Shown here: positions 16,731 to 25,639 of the stretch, piece by piece
How positions within the stretch are numbered: the stretch's first letter is position 1
Layout of the letters: every line of letters starts with the position of its first letter
From: an uncultured Prolixibacteraceae bacterium
Lineage (GTDB): Bacteria > Bacteroidota > Bacteroidia > Bacteroidales > Prolixibacteraceae
Assembly (NCBI GenBank): GCA_964606515.1
Contig: CAZSIK010000004.1
Span: forward strand, 1-32,160
Direction: 5' to 3'
DNA length: 32,160 nt
The notes under the pieces: generated by a model
Seen by the model: only the letters and a program-made list of their open reading frames with translations
What the model was told of the DNA's origin: nothing
Database searches by the model: none
Made by a program: the position numbers and the translations under genes

Positions 16731-17741
16731 CTACCCCGCATTTCCTCGCGGGGTTTTTTCTAATATCTTATTTAGATCAAGCCTGATTGAATTCCACATA
16801 TCAGCCGTCATCCTGGCTCCAAACACCGAAACTACATATCCGGCAACCAATGCCCCCGCTTCGCCACAAACCGATAGTGGGTGCCCCAAGGCATAAGCAT
16901 GGAGAAAGCCGGCAGAATATAAATCACCAGCGCCGGTAGTATCAACACATTGAAACGAACCGTGAACCCCAATTTTTTCTGTCGCTCCGGCATGGCTTCT
17001 GATCAATGAACCTTCTTTACCCAATTTTACAACGGCAACCTGGGTCAACCGGGCTAGCTCTTCCACTGCTTCGTAAGGCTCTTTCCCGGTAAAAGCCATT
17101 GCTTCATCCTCGTTGGCAAAAACGATATCGACATAAGTGTTCACCATTTCTTTCAGGAAGGCGAGGTTTTCTTTAACTACATTATAACTTGCCAAATCGA
17201 GCACGATTTTTAGTCCTGCTTTTTTGCACAGGTTCATGGCATTGTACAATAAATCGTGGTTTTGCACCAAATATCCTTCAATATAGGCAAAATCATAACC
17301 AATGAATAATTCCTCCGAAAGGTTATCGGCTTCGAGTTCAATGGCAGCTCCCAGATAAGTAGCAAAGGTCCTTTCCCCATCGGGAGTAACCAGGGCCATA
17401 GCCAGTCCGGTAGAGGTTGATGACCCGAATAATTTGGGGATAATTCCATTTTTTTCCAGTTCACTGCTGTATGCCCTTCCCATATCGTCGGAACCAACCT
17501 TACCAATGAAAGCGGTTTTAGTACCCAAATTGGCAAGGCCCGAGATGGCATTGGCAACAGAACCACCCGGGGCAACCATCCAATCGAGGTCTGAGGTCGA
17601 CTGGTTTATAGACGATGAAGCGGCAGCATCGACGAGCACCATACTTCCTTTTGGCAGATTGAATTGTTCGAGCAGGCTGTGGTCAGGCAATTTCACTACC
17701 ACATCCATAAGAGCGTTACCAATTCCTATAATTTTTTTCAT
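16731..17741 (-). CDS. PfkB-family kinase, probably adenosine kinase
   Basis: N-terminal MKKIIGIGNALMDVVVKL. The PfkB signature DTTGAGDLYSAGFLHAY is present. The length and N-terminus resemble adenosine kinases annotated in Bacteroidota. Confidence 0.8.
   Translation of the reverse strand: MKKIIGIGNALMDVVVKLPDHSLLEQFNLPKGSMVLVDAAASSSINQSTSDLDWMVAPGGSVANAISGLANLGTKTAFIGKVGSDDMGRAYSSELEKNGIIPKLFGSSTSTGLAMALVTPDGERTFATYLGAAIELEADNLSEELFIGYDFAYIEGYLVQNHDLLYNAMNLCKKAGLKIVLDLASYNVVKENLAFLKEMVNTYVDIVFANEDEAMAFTGKEPYEAVEELARLTQVAVVKLGKEGSLIRSHAGATEKIGVHGSFQCVDTTGAGDLYSAGFLHAYALGHPLSVCGEAGALVAGYVVSVFGARMTADMWNSIRLDLNKILEKTPRGNAG
16733..16759 (+). terminator. Intrinsic-terminator-like hairpin oriented on the plus strand (CCCCGC-N8-GCGGGG followed by T6), overlapping the last codons of the minus-strand kinase gene
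   Basis: Read directly: a-ccccgc-atttcctc-gcgggg-tttttt. On the minus strand the hairpin is preceded by A6 and is not followed by a U-tract. Confidence 0.4.
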
Positions 17742-17757
17742 ATACTATAAAATTAAA

Positions 17758-18780
17758 TTAGATACCCCTTAAATGCTTTTCCCAAGCCCAAGCCGAACGC
17801 AAAGTTTCTTCCAAAGGGCTTAAGGCTTTCCAACCTAACACCCGGTTGGCACGCGAGGTATCGGCATACACGGCTTCAACATCGCCAGCGCGTCGTTCCA
17901 CGATCTTGTAGTTCAATTTAAGCTGGTTCACCTTTTCAAAGGCAAGCACCAATTCCATTACCGACAAACCTTTACCGGTACCAATATTAAAAATTTCATA
18001 GTTTGTTTCATTTTTATGCTGAAGCAAGCGATCGATGGCGGCCACATGAGCTTTGGCCAGGTCAACCACGTGAATGTAATCGCGAATACAAGTGCCGTCG
18101 GGGGTATCGTAATCATTCCCAAAAATACTGAGTTGTTGACGTATACCAGCAGCAGTTTGAGTTATGAAGGGAACCAGGTTAGCAGGAACTCCAAGGGGCA
18201 ATTCACCAATCAAAGCGGAAGAATGGGCTCCGATTGGATTGAAATATCGTAGTAGAATCGAGTTCAGATTGCCTTCAACAGTCAGGGTATCGCGTATAAT
18301 TTCTTCCCCAATCTGTTTGGTGTTTCCATAAGGAGAACTAGCTGATTTCACAGGCGATTCTTCAGTAACGGGTAAGAGGTCTGGTTCACCGTAAACTGTA
18401 CACGATGAGGAAAATACAAGATTGTTGATCCTATATTTCTTCATGGCGCTCAATATATTGATTAACGACCCCAAATTGTTTCTGTAATAAAGCAATGGTT
18501 TTTCGACCGACTCTCCCACCGCTTTACTTGCAGCGAAGTGAATAATCGCCTCGATTTGAGTATACTTACTAAAGAAAACATCCACTTTCTGTTCGTCAGT
18601 CAAGTCAAATTGCTCAAAAACTGGCCTGACACCGGTAATCATCTCAATACCGTCAATAACATCGGCCGACGAGTTAGATAAATTATCTATGATGACTACT
18701 TCATAGCCTTCGTTAATTAGTTCAACGGCGGTATGCGATCCAATATACCCCGTGCCACCAGTTACCAATATTTGCTTCAT
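17758..18780 (-). CDS. galE: UDP-glucose 4-epimerase
   Basis: Rossmann motif VTGGTGYIGSH, catalytic SPYGNTK (YxxxK) and the overall GalE pattern. The ATG at 18780 (MKQILVTGG) is preferred over 18804. Confidence 0.9.
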   Translation of the reverse strand: MKQILVTGGTGYIGSHTAVELINEGYEVVIIDNLSNSSADVIDGIEMITGVRPVFEQFDLTDEQKVDVFFSKYTQIEAIIHFAASKAVGESVEKPLLYYRNNLGSLINILSAMKKYRINNLVFSSSCTVYGEPDLLPVTEESPVKSASSPYGNTKQIGEEIIRDTLTVEGNLNSILLRYFNPIGAHSSALIGELPLGVPANLVPFITQTAAGIRQQLSIFGNDYDTPDGTCIRDYIHVVDLAKAHVAAIDRLLQHKNETNYEIFNIGTGKGLSVMELVLAFEKVNQLKLNYKIVERRAGDVEAVYADTSRANRVLGWKALSPLEETLRSAWAWEKHLRGI

Positions 18781-18914
18781 CAGTCTTATTTTTAATTGAG
18801 CCACAAAATTATAAATTTAGATGGGCTCTTTACTTTGTATTCAAAAAAAACATTACACAAGCCAAGATTTAACCTCTGTTGAAAAAAAATATTGGGCGAT
18901 GAAAAGAATTTGTC

Positions 18915-18922
18915 TAATTTTG
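18915..18922 (+). promoter_or_regulatory. Candidate -7 promoter box TAnnTTTG (TAATTTTG) for the SPOR-ldcA-yraN gene group
   Basis: Exact consensus match 19 nt upstream of the ATG at 18941. Confidence 0.4.
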
Positions 18923-18940
18923 ACCTAATCAAAAAAATTT

Positions 18941-19855
18941 ATGGATCTATCACAACATATCATAGGACTTCTCAAGGAAACCGACTGTGTAATCGTTCCT
19001 GATTTTGGCGGTTTTATTGCCAACTATCTGCCCGCCAACCTCGATGAAGCCCATCGCCGAATTTTACCGCCGGGAAAAGAAATCCTTTTCAATCCCAAAA
19101 TCAATAAGAACGACGGCATGTTGATTCAGTACGTTTCTGAAAACGAGGGGCTCACCTATCTTCAGGCCAAACAATACCTTCAAGCTTTTCGCGACCAGGC
19201 CATTTCGGACTTGTACCAAGGGTTGCCCGTGAAATTTGAAGGCTTGGGTTATCTACAATTGACCCACTCGGGTGCCTGGACATTTGTTTCCAGCCAACCA
19301 AAAGTCAATACCGAAACTTTTGGTCTTCCAGCATTAACCTTGTCTGAAAAGAAATACAGTGAACCAGTCTTGACCATCAGACCACAGCAAACGATTTCTT
19401 TGCCTGGAAGAAAAAGTCAATGGGTACGGGTGGCCGCAAGCGTAGCCTTACTGGTTGCTTTCTCGCTTTTTCCGAAACCCGGAGAGATGCCCCAACGTTT
19501 GCAAACCTCCAACATCAATCCTTTTTCCATCCTTAGCCCCACGCAATCCGATCCTGCTTTAACAAAAAGCGAAGAAAAAATTGAAGATGCCGTAAGTGAA
19601 TCGTTGGCCCAAAGCAATCAAACCGAAAAGTTACCTTATGTTTTGGTTGGAGGCAGTTTTGCCCATATCGAAAATGCCCGTAACCTTTTTAATGAATTGC
19701 AGCAAAAATCACATCACCCTGAACTTTATGAATTGGATAATGGGTGGTACAGGGTGACGGTCGATTCATACAAAAGTTGGAATGAAGCGCTTAAAGCCAT
19801 GGAACAGTTCAGAGAAAATTGTCCCGGATCGACTGTGTGGGTGAGTAAAAGGTAG
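18941..19855 (+). CDS. HU-CCDC81-like N-terminal domain plus C-terminal SPOR (septal peptidoglycan-binding) domain protein
   Basis: N-terminal LLKETDCVIVPDFGGFIANY matches the bacterial HU_CCDC81 pattern. A central TM segment follows (WVRVAASVALLVAFSLF). The C-terminal YVLVGGSFAHIENARNLFNELQQK...YRVTVDSYKSWNEALKAMEQ matches the SPOR pattern. Confidence 0.75.
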   Translation: MDLSQHIIGLLKETDCVIVPDFGGFIANYLPANLDEAHRRILPPGKEILFNPKINKNDGMLIQYVSENEGLTYLQAKQYLQAFRDQAISDLYQGLPVKFEGLGYLQLTHSGAWTFVSSQPKVNTETFGLPALTLSEKKYSEPVLTIRPQQTISLPGRKSQWVRVAASVALLVAFSLFPKPGEMPQRLQTSNINPFSILSPTQSDPALTKSEEKIEDAVSESLAQSNQTEKLPYVLVGGSFAHIENARNLFNELQQKSHHPELYELDNGWYRVTVDSYKSWNEALKAMEQFRENCPGSTVWVSKR

Positions 19856-19861
19856 AATAAA

Positions 19862-20782
19862 ATGAACTTCGTATCCCCCTCCCCACTCCAGCCAGGCGAT
19901 ACCATCGGGTTGGTTTCTGTTGCTTCGAAAGCCAGTAGCGAGACTATTTTACCTGGAATAAAACTTCTTGAATCGATGGGGTTTCGTATCCTTCTGGCAC
20001 CAAACATCTGGGAAGAGCACCATCAGTTTGCCGGCACCGATATACAGCGTGCATCTGGGTTTCAACAAATGATCGACAATCCTCATGTAAAAGCGATAAT
20101 ATGTACTCGTGGAGGATATGGCACTTTGCGTACCTTGCAGTACATCGACTGGTCGACTTTCATGAAAAAACCAAAATGGATTGCTGGTTTTAGCGACATC
20201 ACCGTTTTACATTCCTTCCTTCATAATAAAAGCGTGGTTTCGCTACACAGTGCCATGCCCAAACATTTCCTCAAAGAGGAAAATCTTACCGAAAGCTTTC
20301 AAACCCTTATTGCTGCCCTAATCAATGAACCAATACATTACCTTTTTGGCCCGTCGGTATTAAACCGCAAAGGTAATGCCAGTGGAATTCTGACAGGAGG
20401 TAACTTATCGATGCTTTACAGTTTGAGGGGAACCCCTTACGATATCGACACCCGCGAAAAAATTTTATTCATCGAAGACCTGGGTGAATACCTTTACCAT
20501 ATCGACCGTATCATGATGAACTTTAAAATTGGCGGGAAACTCGATTCTTTAGCCGGATTGCTCGTAGGAGGCTTCTCTTCAATGAAAGACAACGAGGTGC
20601 CCTTCGGCAAAAGCGTAGAAGAAATTGTGATGGATGCCGTTGCCGAATTCGATTACCCGGTTGCCTTTAACTTTCCGGCAGGCCATCAGGAGCAAAACTA
20701 TGCTCTCAAACTTGGCGAATGGGTCGATTTAAAAGTCGAGGATTCAAATTCAATTCTTCAAAGCCAAAGTCGTAAAACATAA
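19862..20782 (+). CDS. LD-carboxypeptidase (peptidase S66, muramoyltetrapeptide carboxypeptidase-like)
   Basis: LQPGDTIGLVSVAS, the nucleophile block GFSDITVLH, EDLGE and FPAGHQ (a Ser/Glu/His triad context). Confidence 0.85.
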   Translation: MNFVSPSPLQPGDTIGLVSVASKASSETILPGIKLLESMGFRILLAPNIWEEHHQFAGTDIQRASGFQQMIDNPHVKAIICTRGGYGTLRTLQYIDWSTFMKKPKWIAGFSDITVLHSFLHNKSVVSLHSAMPKHFLKEENLTESFQTLIAALINEPIHYLFGPSVLNRKGNASGILTGGNLSMLYSLRGTPYDIDTREKILFIEDLGEYLYHIDRIMMNFKIGGKLDSLAGLLVGGFSSMKDNEVPFGKSVEEIVMDAVAEFDYPVAFNFPAGHQEQNYALKLGEWVDLKVEDSNSILQSQSRKT

Positions 20783-20794
20783 ACCCACTTTACC

Positions 20795-21163
20795 ATGACC
20801 GACCGAAAAAAAATGGGGGAAATGGGCGAAGAAATTGCCTGCAATTACTTGATCAGCAAGGGATATAGAATCATAGAACGCAATTGGCGTTTCGAGCATT
20901 ACGAGATCGACCTGGTAGCTCTCGATGGAGAAGAATTGGTTATTATTGAAGTAAAAACCAGAGCCTCGGCTATTTATGAGGAACCCGAAGACTCGATCAC
21001 TACAAAAAAAATCAGGTTTCTGATCAATGCAACCGAAGCCTATCTGATTCAAAACGATATCGACAAAGAAACCCGCTTCGACATCATTTCAATTAAATGG
21101 TTCAGCGAAGAGAAGCAAACCATCGACCACAGGATCAATGCGTTCACCCCTCCTGTTAATTAA
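20795..21163 (+). CDS. YraN-family (UPF0102) endonuclease-like protein
   Basis: GEEIACNYLISKGYRIIERNWR..YEIDLVAL....VIIEVKTR is the characteristic YraN pattern. Confidence 0.85.
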   Translation: MTDRKKMGEMGEEIACNYLISKGYRIIERNWRFEHYEIDLVALDGEELVIIEVKTRASAIYEEPEDSITTKKIRFLINATEAYLIQNDIDKETRFDIISIKWFSEEKQTIDHRINAFTPPVN

Positions 21164-21356
21164 TCCAATGCAAATTCCCACAATTTTCCATCTCAATTCC
21201 TGTTTTTATCCGACAGTGGCCTATAAATTGATTTAATGAAAGTTGAATTTTACCATTCTGCTTCAATTTAGGCTTAAGATTATATATCTTAGCGGCTTAA
21301 ATTTTCATAAAGCATTTTTTTATAACAATCTGATAAAGAGGGAAAAACTATATTTC

Positions 21357-21791
21357 ATGCAAGTAAAAATTGTAAATCAATCGAACAATCCCCTTCCTGA
21401 ATACAGTACGGCATTTTCGGCCGGGATGGACCTGAGGGCTTTCCTGTTAGAAGAAATTACCTTAAAACCCTTGCAACGCGCACTGATCCCGACCGGAATT
21501 TTTATTGAATTGCCACAGGGATACGAAGCCCAAATCAGGCCCAGGAGCGGTATGTCCATCAAACACGGTATTTCGGTTTTAAACACTCCTGGGACCATCG
21601 ATGCCGACTACCGGGGTGAAATAAAAGTGATCCTGGTCAATCTATCCGATGAAGCTTATACCATTAGAAGTGGGGAAAGAATTTGCCAGATGATCGTGGC
21701 CAAACACGAAACCGTGGAGTGGAACAGTGTCGACAATTTGGGGGAAACCACCCGTGGGGCCGGAGGCTTTGGACATACCGGCAAAGAATAA
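21357..21791 (+). CDS. dut: dUTP diphosphatase
   Basis: The dUTPase motifs are present: [23 protein letters not shown] and [10 protein letters not shown]. The ATG at 21357 gives 144 aa. The ORF-track start at 21243 is an AT-rich extension. Confidence 0.95.
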   Translation: MQVKIVNQSNNPLPEYSTAFSAGMDLRAFLLEEITLKPLQRALIPTGIFIELPQGYEAQIRPRSGMSIKHGISVLNTPGTIDADYRGEIKVILVNLSDEAYTIRSGERICQMIVAKHETVEWNSVDNLGETTRGAGGFGHTGKE

Positions 21792-21796
21792 TTAAA

Positions 21797-23560
21797 ATGA
21801 AGCTGATGCAAATTAAAATTAACTTATTGTGCCTCGCATTTGCGATGTTATGTTCTTGCTCTGCCACAAAAAAAGTGACCGAAAATATAATTTCTGAAGC
21901 AAAAGGTCCTTTGGTAGTAATAACAGAGGAGAAAAAGATGCAGTTCGAATATCTTTTTGTTGAAGGATTAAAACAAAAAATCATAGGAAATCTTGAAGCA
22001 GCAAGACAATGCTTTAACGATTGCCTTGAAATCAATCCTAATGCTGCATCGGTTATGTTTGAACTGGCCAACATTTATACCCAAAAAGGCGACTTTACTG
22101 GGGCGAAACTCCTGCTCGAGAAAGCCATTCAAATAAACCCCGACAATAAATGGTACAAACTACTGTTGGCCCAGATTTATCAGCGCGATCAGGATTACCT
22201 CAAAGCAAGTGAACTATACAAAGCACTAATCGCAAAAGAACCAGGCAACGTCGACTACTATTTCCTCAATGCCTTGTTATTGACTTCAGGCGAAAAATTT
22301 GATGAAGCAATTAAAGCCTATGATCAACTTGAAAAAGTAACTGGTTACAATGCCCAAATCGCATTAGCGCGCCAACAGGTTTTCCGTCAGGCCAAGAAGA
22401 ACAAGGAAGCTTATGCTGAACTGGAAAGGCTGATCGCCTCCGATCCGAAAGTTCCCGAATACTATGGCGTGATGGCCGACATGTATAAGGAAGACGGAAA
22501 CATGTCCAAAGCACTCGAATACTACAATAAAGTACTTGAAATGGACCCTCAGAACGGATTCGTCCATTTCTCACTGGCCAGTTTCCATGCCCAGAGCAAG
22601 AACCTCGAGGCCGCTTTCAAACACGCCTCGATTGGTTTTGCCAATCCAGAACTCGAACTTGAAACCAAAGTACAGCTCTACCTGATGTTAATTTCAGCCC
22701 CTGCCGATCAGAAACTGAGCGAAAAACAGATGGATGAACTGACTCTGCTCATCAGCGAAACCCATCCTGGCGATCCAAGAAGTTTTGGCATACGGGCCGA
22801 TTTCCTCATCCAAACCAACAGAAAACAAGAGGCTCGCGATTTTATTGCCCAAGCTGTTGAAAAAGATCCGAATAACTACGGGCTTTGGGAGCAATTAATC
22901 CAACTCGACAACGAACTGGGCGACCTCGACCTCCTGATTACCGATGCCAACAAGGCAATCGGATTATTCCCAAACCAGCCCCTAATTTATCTCTTCCAAT
23001 CAATTGCCTACCTTCAAAAGAAAGAATACGACAAATCGCTCGAAACACTTGAAACCGGCCAGTCGTACGTAGTCGAAAACCCGAAAATGGAAGCCCAATT
23101 CGAGCTTTACAAAGCCGAGGCCCATTATAACCTCAACCACCCCGAAAAAGCCTTCGCTTCTTTCGAAAAGGTTCTCGAAATGGAACCTAACAATTACATG
23201 GCCATGAACAATTATGCGTATTATCTTTCCGTTAAAGGGATAAACCTCGACCGTGCCGAGGCCTTGAGCAGCAAAGTTGTGCAGGTTCATCCCGATAATC
23301 CTACCTACGTCGATACCCACGCATGGGTACTGTTCCGGAAAAAAGAATACAGGCTGGCCAAGTTCTATATTGAAACCGCGCTGAAAAATGGCGGGAACGA
23401 AAACGACGTGGTATTAGAACATTATGGCGACATTCTCTTCATGCTCAACGATAGTGAAGGGGCACTAGATTATTGGAAAAAAGCAGCTGAAATGGGAAGC
23501 GAATCCAAAACCCTGAAAAGGAAAATTGAAGAAAAAAAATATTTCGAAGAGGAGGAGTAA
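21797..23560 (+). CDS. TPR-repeat lipoprotein
   Basis: The ATG at 21797 gives MKLMQIKINLLCLAFAMLCSCS, a lipoprotein signal with a lipobox Cys. Repeated TPR-like A..Y......P.N motifs run through the protein. The ORF-track start at 21683 would overlap dut. Confidence 0.8.
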   Translation: MKLMQIKINLLCLAFAMLCSCSATKKVTENIISEAKGPLVVITEEKKMQFEYLFVEGLKQKIIGNLEAARQCFNDCLEINPNAASVMFELANIYTQKGDFTGAKLLLEKAIQINPDNKWYKLLLAQIYQRDQDYLKASELYKALIAKEPGNVDYYFLNALLLTSGEKFDEAIKAYDQLEKVTGYNAQIALARQQVFRQAKKNKEAYAELERLIASDPKVPEYYGVMADMYKEDGNMSKALEYYNKVLEMDPQNGFVHFSLASFHAQSKNLEAAFKHASIGFANPELELETKVQLYLMLISAPADQKLSEKQMDELTLLISETHPGDPRSFGIRADFLIQTNRKQEARDFIAQAVEKDPNNYGLWEQLIQLDNELGDLDLLITDANKAIGLFPNQPLIYLFQSIAYLQKKEYDKSLETLETGQSYVVENPKMEAQFELYKAEAHYNLNHPEKAFASFEKVLEMEPNNYMAMNNYAYYLSVKGINLDRAEALSSKVVQVHPDNPTYVDTHAWVLFRKKEYRLAKFYIETALKNGGNENDVVLEHYGDILFMLNDSEGALDYWKKAAEMGSESKTLKRKIEEKKYFEEEE

Positions 23561-24448
23561 ATGATAGGAAAGGATTTTCGCCCTCAAACCCGGTGGTTTC
23601 TTTTCGCGATCAGCATTGCGTCACTCTTGGCATTTTCCTCCTGCCGGACGGCCCGAACCCTTTCAAGCAAGGAAATCAAACCCATGTCGGCCGATAAGAT
23701 CATCAAAAGGGTCGAAAAGGAAGCACCCAGGTATGAGTACCTCTCTTGCGACCGAGTAACAGTAAATTTCGATGCAATGGGCTCAAAGAACAGTGTGATG
23801 GCCCAGTTCAAGATCAAAAAAGATGAAAAAATGATCATGACACTCAAAAAAATGGGCTTTCCCATCGGCCGTGGATTATTAGCCCCCGACAGCGTGGTGG
23901 CCATTAACTTTATCGACAGAAATTATGTTTCAGGCAATTATTCAACCATCTGGAAACTTTTTGGTTTCGACCTTAATTTCAACCTAATACAAGCCTTGCT
24001 CACCGCCGATGCAAGTTATTACCTCAACCAGGAAGCCTTCGACCGTGAATTTTCCTCAAGTATCGAGGATCAATTATACCGCCTCGACAGTAAATATGAC
24101 CGGAGAATTGAACGGGCACTGTCGAAAAACCAGGATAAAAGATTGATCCGGTATATGGACAATATGGATGATAATGAGTTCTTTGACATTCAGGCATGGG
24201 TCGATCCCGAATTTTTTGTCATCAGAAAACTACTATTGAACAACATTAAAACCGAAAAAACGATTATTATTGAATACGAATCGTTCGAACTCACGGGGAA
24301 GGAATTGTTGCCTTCCTCGATCAACCTGAGCTATACAGAGAAGAATCGTGAAATGGAAGCACAAATCAAGCTTGGTAAAATTTCGACCCGTAAGGAGCGC
24401 GATTTTTCTTTTACCATTCCCGAGAAGTACGAAAAGTTTAATAACTGA
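23561..24448 (+). CDS. DUF4292-like lipoprotein (possibly LolA/LolB-fold)
   Basis: Its ATG immediately follows the TAA of the TPR gene. The lipobox is LLAFSSC. ADKIIKRVEKEAP...FKIKKDEKMIMTLKKMGFPIGRGLLAPDSVVAINFIDRNY resembles DUF4292 proteins, which commonly follow a TPR gene in Bacteroidota. This is from memory. Confidence 0.65.
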   Translation: MIGKDFRPQTRWFLFAISIASLLAFSSCRTARTLSSKEIKPMSADKIIKRVEKEAPRYEYLSCDRVTVNFDAMGSKNSVMAQFKIKKDEKMIMTLKKMGFPIGRGLLAPDSVVAINFIDRNYVSGNYSTIWKLFGFDLNFNLIQALLTADASYYLNQEAFDREFSSSIEDQLYRLDSKYDRRIERALSKNQDKRLIRYMDNMDDNEFFDIQAWVDPEFFVIRKLLLNNIKTEKTIIIEYESFELTGKELLPSSINLSYTEKNREMEAQIKLGKISTRKERDFSFTIPEKYEKFNN

Positions 24449-24455
24449 ATACATC

Positions 24456-25634
24456 ATGAACAGGTTTGTTTTTGCACTACTTTCGATCTTGCTCGTGTTG
24501 GGTCAACTACAGGCCCAAACCCTTCAGGAATTGCAAAAACGAAAGCAAAAAACGCTCGATGAAATTAATTATACAAGTCGGCTTCTTAACGAAACCGATA
24601 AAAATGCACGGATTACCCTTAACAAACTGGAGGTACTGAACCAACAGATTGGCCTGCGCGGACGCCTGCTGAACGATTTCGATGAACAGTTGAAAATTTT
24701 GCAACAATCGATCGACGACAACCAATTTGTGGTCGACTGCCTGAAAGAAGACCTTGAGAAAATCAGGACCAGCTATGCCAACCTGATCAGGCAGGCTTAC
24801 CGAAACCGCAGTACCTATAACCAGCTCGTTTTTTTGCTTTCGAGCGCCGATTTCAACCAGGCTTACAAACGAATGCTATATACCCGCCAGGTAGCTCGCT
24901 ACCGTGAACGACAACTTGAACTGATCGAAGTCATACGCGACATTCAGCAAAAGAAAATCGAAGACCTGAGCAAAAGAAGAAGCGAACACCTAGAATTGTT
25001 AAACCGACAAAAACTAGAATTTAGCCAGTTACGCAACGAGAAAGAAAAACAGTTCGATTACCACAAGCAGCTACAAAAAAAGGAACGGGAACTGAAAGAC
25101 CTGCTCCGCCAGCAAAAACAAGTTGAAGAAAGGCTGCAACGCGAAATCGATCGGGTTATCGATGAAGAAGCCAGGCGTACAGCCCAGAAAGGGGCCACCC
25201 CCCAGGAAAAGCAGCTTTCAGGCAACTTTGAAAAAAACAAGGGGAAATTTCCCTGGCCTGTAAGTCAGGGCGTGATAACCGATAAATTTGGCGAACACCC
25301 CCATCCGGTAATGAAATCAGTAATTATCCACAACAGGGGCATCGACATCACTACCCACCCGGGCGAAAAAGCCCGCGCCATATTCAACGGCACCGTGAGC
25401 CGCGTTTTAGCCATCCCCGGGGCGAACATGGCGGTAATAGTGCGGCATGGACAATACCTCACCATCTACTCCAATTTAAAAGAAGTGTTCGTGAAACAGG
25501 ACGACCCGGTAAAAACCCAGCAGGAAATCGGCCTGATTTATTCCGACCCGGGCGAAGACAACAAAACCGTTCTTAAATTCCAAATCAGGAAGGAAAGGAT
25601 AACAATGAACCCGGAAGAGTGGATTACAAATTAG
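24456..25634 (+). CDS. EnvC-like murein hydrolase activator: signal peptide, long coiled coil and a degenerate LytM/M23 domain
   Basis: The ATG at 24456 gives MNRFVFALLSILLVLGQLQAQ. About 230 aa are heptad-rich (LQELQKRKQK...EERLQREI). The C-terminal M23-like domain has HNRGIDI, but TVLKFQIR replaces the usual PHLHFEIR. Confidence 0.8.
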   Translation: MNRFVFALLSILLVLGQLQAQTLQELQKRKQKTLDEINYTSRLLNETDKNARITLNKLEVLNQQIGLRGRLLNDFDEQLKILQQSIDDNQFVVDCLKEDLEKIRTSYANLIRQAYRNRSTYNQLVFLLSSADFNQAYKRMLYTRQVARYRERQLELIEVIRDIQQKKIEDLSKRRSEHLELLNRQKLEFSQLRNEKEKQFDYHKQLQKKERELKDLLRQQKQVEERLQREIDRVIDEEARRTAQKGATPQEKQLSGNFEKNKGKFPWPVSQGVITDKFGEHPHPVMKSVIIHNRGIDITTHPGEKARAIFNGTVSRVLAIPGANMAVIVRHGQYLTIYSNLKEVFVKQDDPVKTQQEIGLIYSDPGEDNKTVLKFQIRKERITMNPEEWITN

Positions 25635-25639
25635 TTTTC

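Noticed and set aside
21164-21356. 193-nt spacer upstream of dut, considered as a riboswitch or leader
   Set aside because: It contains only short AT-rich repeats (GGCTTAA twice, TAAGAT-N5-ATCTTA). It has no GC-rich conserved-looking helices and no exact -7 box, so nothing here can be supported.
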